Shown one piece after another: positions 63,391 through 64,000 of a DNA stretch of 64,000 nucleotides. A program made the position numbers and the translations under genes. The DNA is from an uncultured Gammaproteobacteria bacterium (GTDB lineage: Bacteria > Pseudomonadota > Gammaproteobacteria > UBA9214): positions 64,001-128,000 of the forward strand of contig CAVVHS010000003.1 in assembly GCA_963748215.1 (NCBI GenBank), written 5' to 3'. The notes under the pieces are model-generated. The model had not been told where the DNA came from. It worked only from the letters and a program-made list of their open reading frames with translations, and searched no databases. The stretch's first letter is position 1; each line of letters opens with the position of its first letter.

Positions 63391-63416
63391 ATCAATGGAG
63401 TCTGACCCCATTGATC
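63390..63416 (-). repeat. Type-1 arm
   Basis: AATCAATGGAGTCTGACCCCATTGATC; first A is the last base of the TGA stop. Confidence 0.9.
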
Positions 63417-63550
63417 TGCTTTTTCTGTTTTGTGTCTTGCTGGGTGTGCCGCGTTTCCCGTAGTATGCCTTGGCGGATAAATCCTCCTGGTTCTCCCGCC
63501 TGAACACGCAATGGGTGGTTGTTTCCTTTAGTTATTCTCAGGATAAAGCA

Positions 63551-64000
63551 ATGAAAAAATGGGTCTATGCCTTCACCGAAGGCGATGGTGAAAACAAGAA
63601 ATTATTGGGTGGCAAGGGTGCCAATCTGTGTGAAATGACGCAGATTGGCCTGAACGTACCACCCGGTTTTGTGATCTCCACCGAAGCCTGCCTGTATTAC
63701 CTGGATTCCGCCGACCATGATTTGCCAGCCGAGGTGATGGGGCAGGTCAGGGAACAGATGATGCAACTGGAGCAGTCGACGGGGAAAGGCTTCGGTAATG
63801 CGGAAAACCCGCTTCTGGTTTCGGTCAGGAGTGGCTCGGCACTGTCGATGCCGGGCATGATGGACACGATCCTGAACCTGGGTTTGAACAGCCAGACTTT
63901 ACAGGGAGAGATCGTACAAACCAGAGACGCCCGGTTCGGATATGACGCCTACCGCCGGTTTATCCAGCTTTTTGGCAAGGTCGCGATGGGCATACCGGAT
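63551..64000 (+). CDS. ppdK: Pyruvate, phosphate dikinase, 5' part running off the window
   Basis: Manual translation MKKWVYAF...LLGGKGANLCEM...VPPGF...PLLVSVRSGS...SMPGMMDTILNLG. Confidence 0.93.
   Translation, partial: MKKWVYAFTEGDGENKKLLGGKGANLCEMTQIGLNVPPGFVISTEACLYYLDSADHDLPAEVMGQVREQMMQLEQSTGKGFGNAENPLLVSVRSGSALSMPGMMDTILNLGLNSQTLQGEIVQTRDARFGYDAYRRFIQLFGKVAMGIPD

Noticed and set aside
36520-63416. CRISPR array from the recurring 27-33 bp palindromic repeat
   Set aside because: Copies are 0.5-3 kb apart in both orientations with genes between them; no regular 30-40 bp spacers and no cas genes.
36520-63416. Classical integron or CALIN
   Set aside because: No tyrosine-recombinase integrase in the window, repeats lack RYYYAAC...GTTRRRY ends, and genes are not co-oriented.

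Overview
GC-rich DNA from a sulfur-oxidising gammaproteobacterium (inferred from gene content), in two distinct halves. Bases 1-36 kb are core genome: a sulfur-globule-like protein, metK-ahcY-metF, tkt-gap-pgk-pyk-fba, a PAS-GGDEF-EAL protein, srkA, djlA, mtgA, sdaA, DAHP synthase, qmoAB-hdrCB and cbbQ. Several of these conserved genes carry single-base frameshifts that are probably read errors. Bases 36-64 kb are a patchwork of roughly 20 unrelated one-to-three-gene units in mixed orientation. Nearly every junction carries a member of a family of palindromic repeats with a GGGGTCAGA / TCTGACCCC-like core, in four sub-types and often as inverted doublets. A REP-associated HUH/Y1 tyrosine transposase (RAYT, 45399-46121) lies inside this region, bracketed by an inverted pair of the same repeat. 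Three genes appear cut at a repeat (an IS4 transposase, msrA-Trx, a metallophosphoesterase), and several others take their stop codon from one. The main hypothesis is a RAYT/REP-driven gene-cassette capture and shuffling array, functionally like an integron but with no integrase or attC. All calls come from reading the sequence and translations; no database searches were run.
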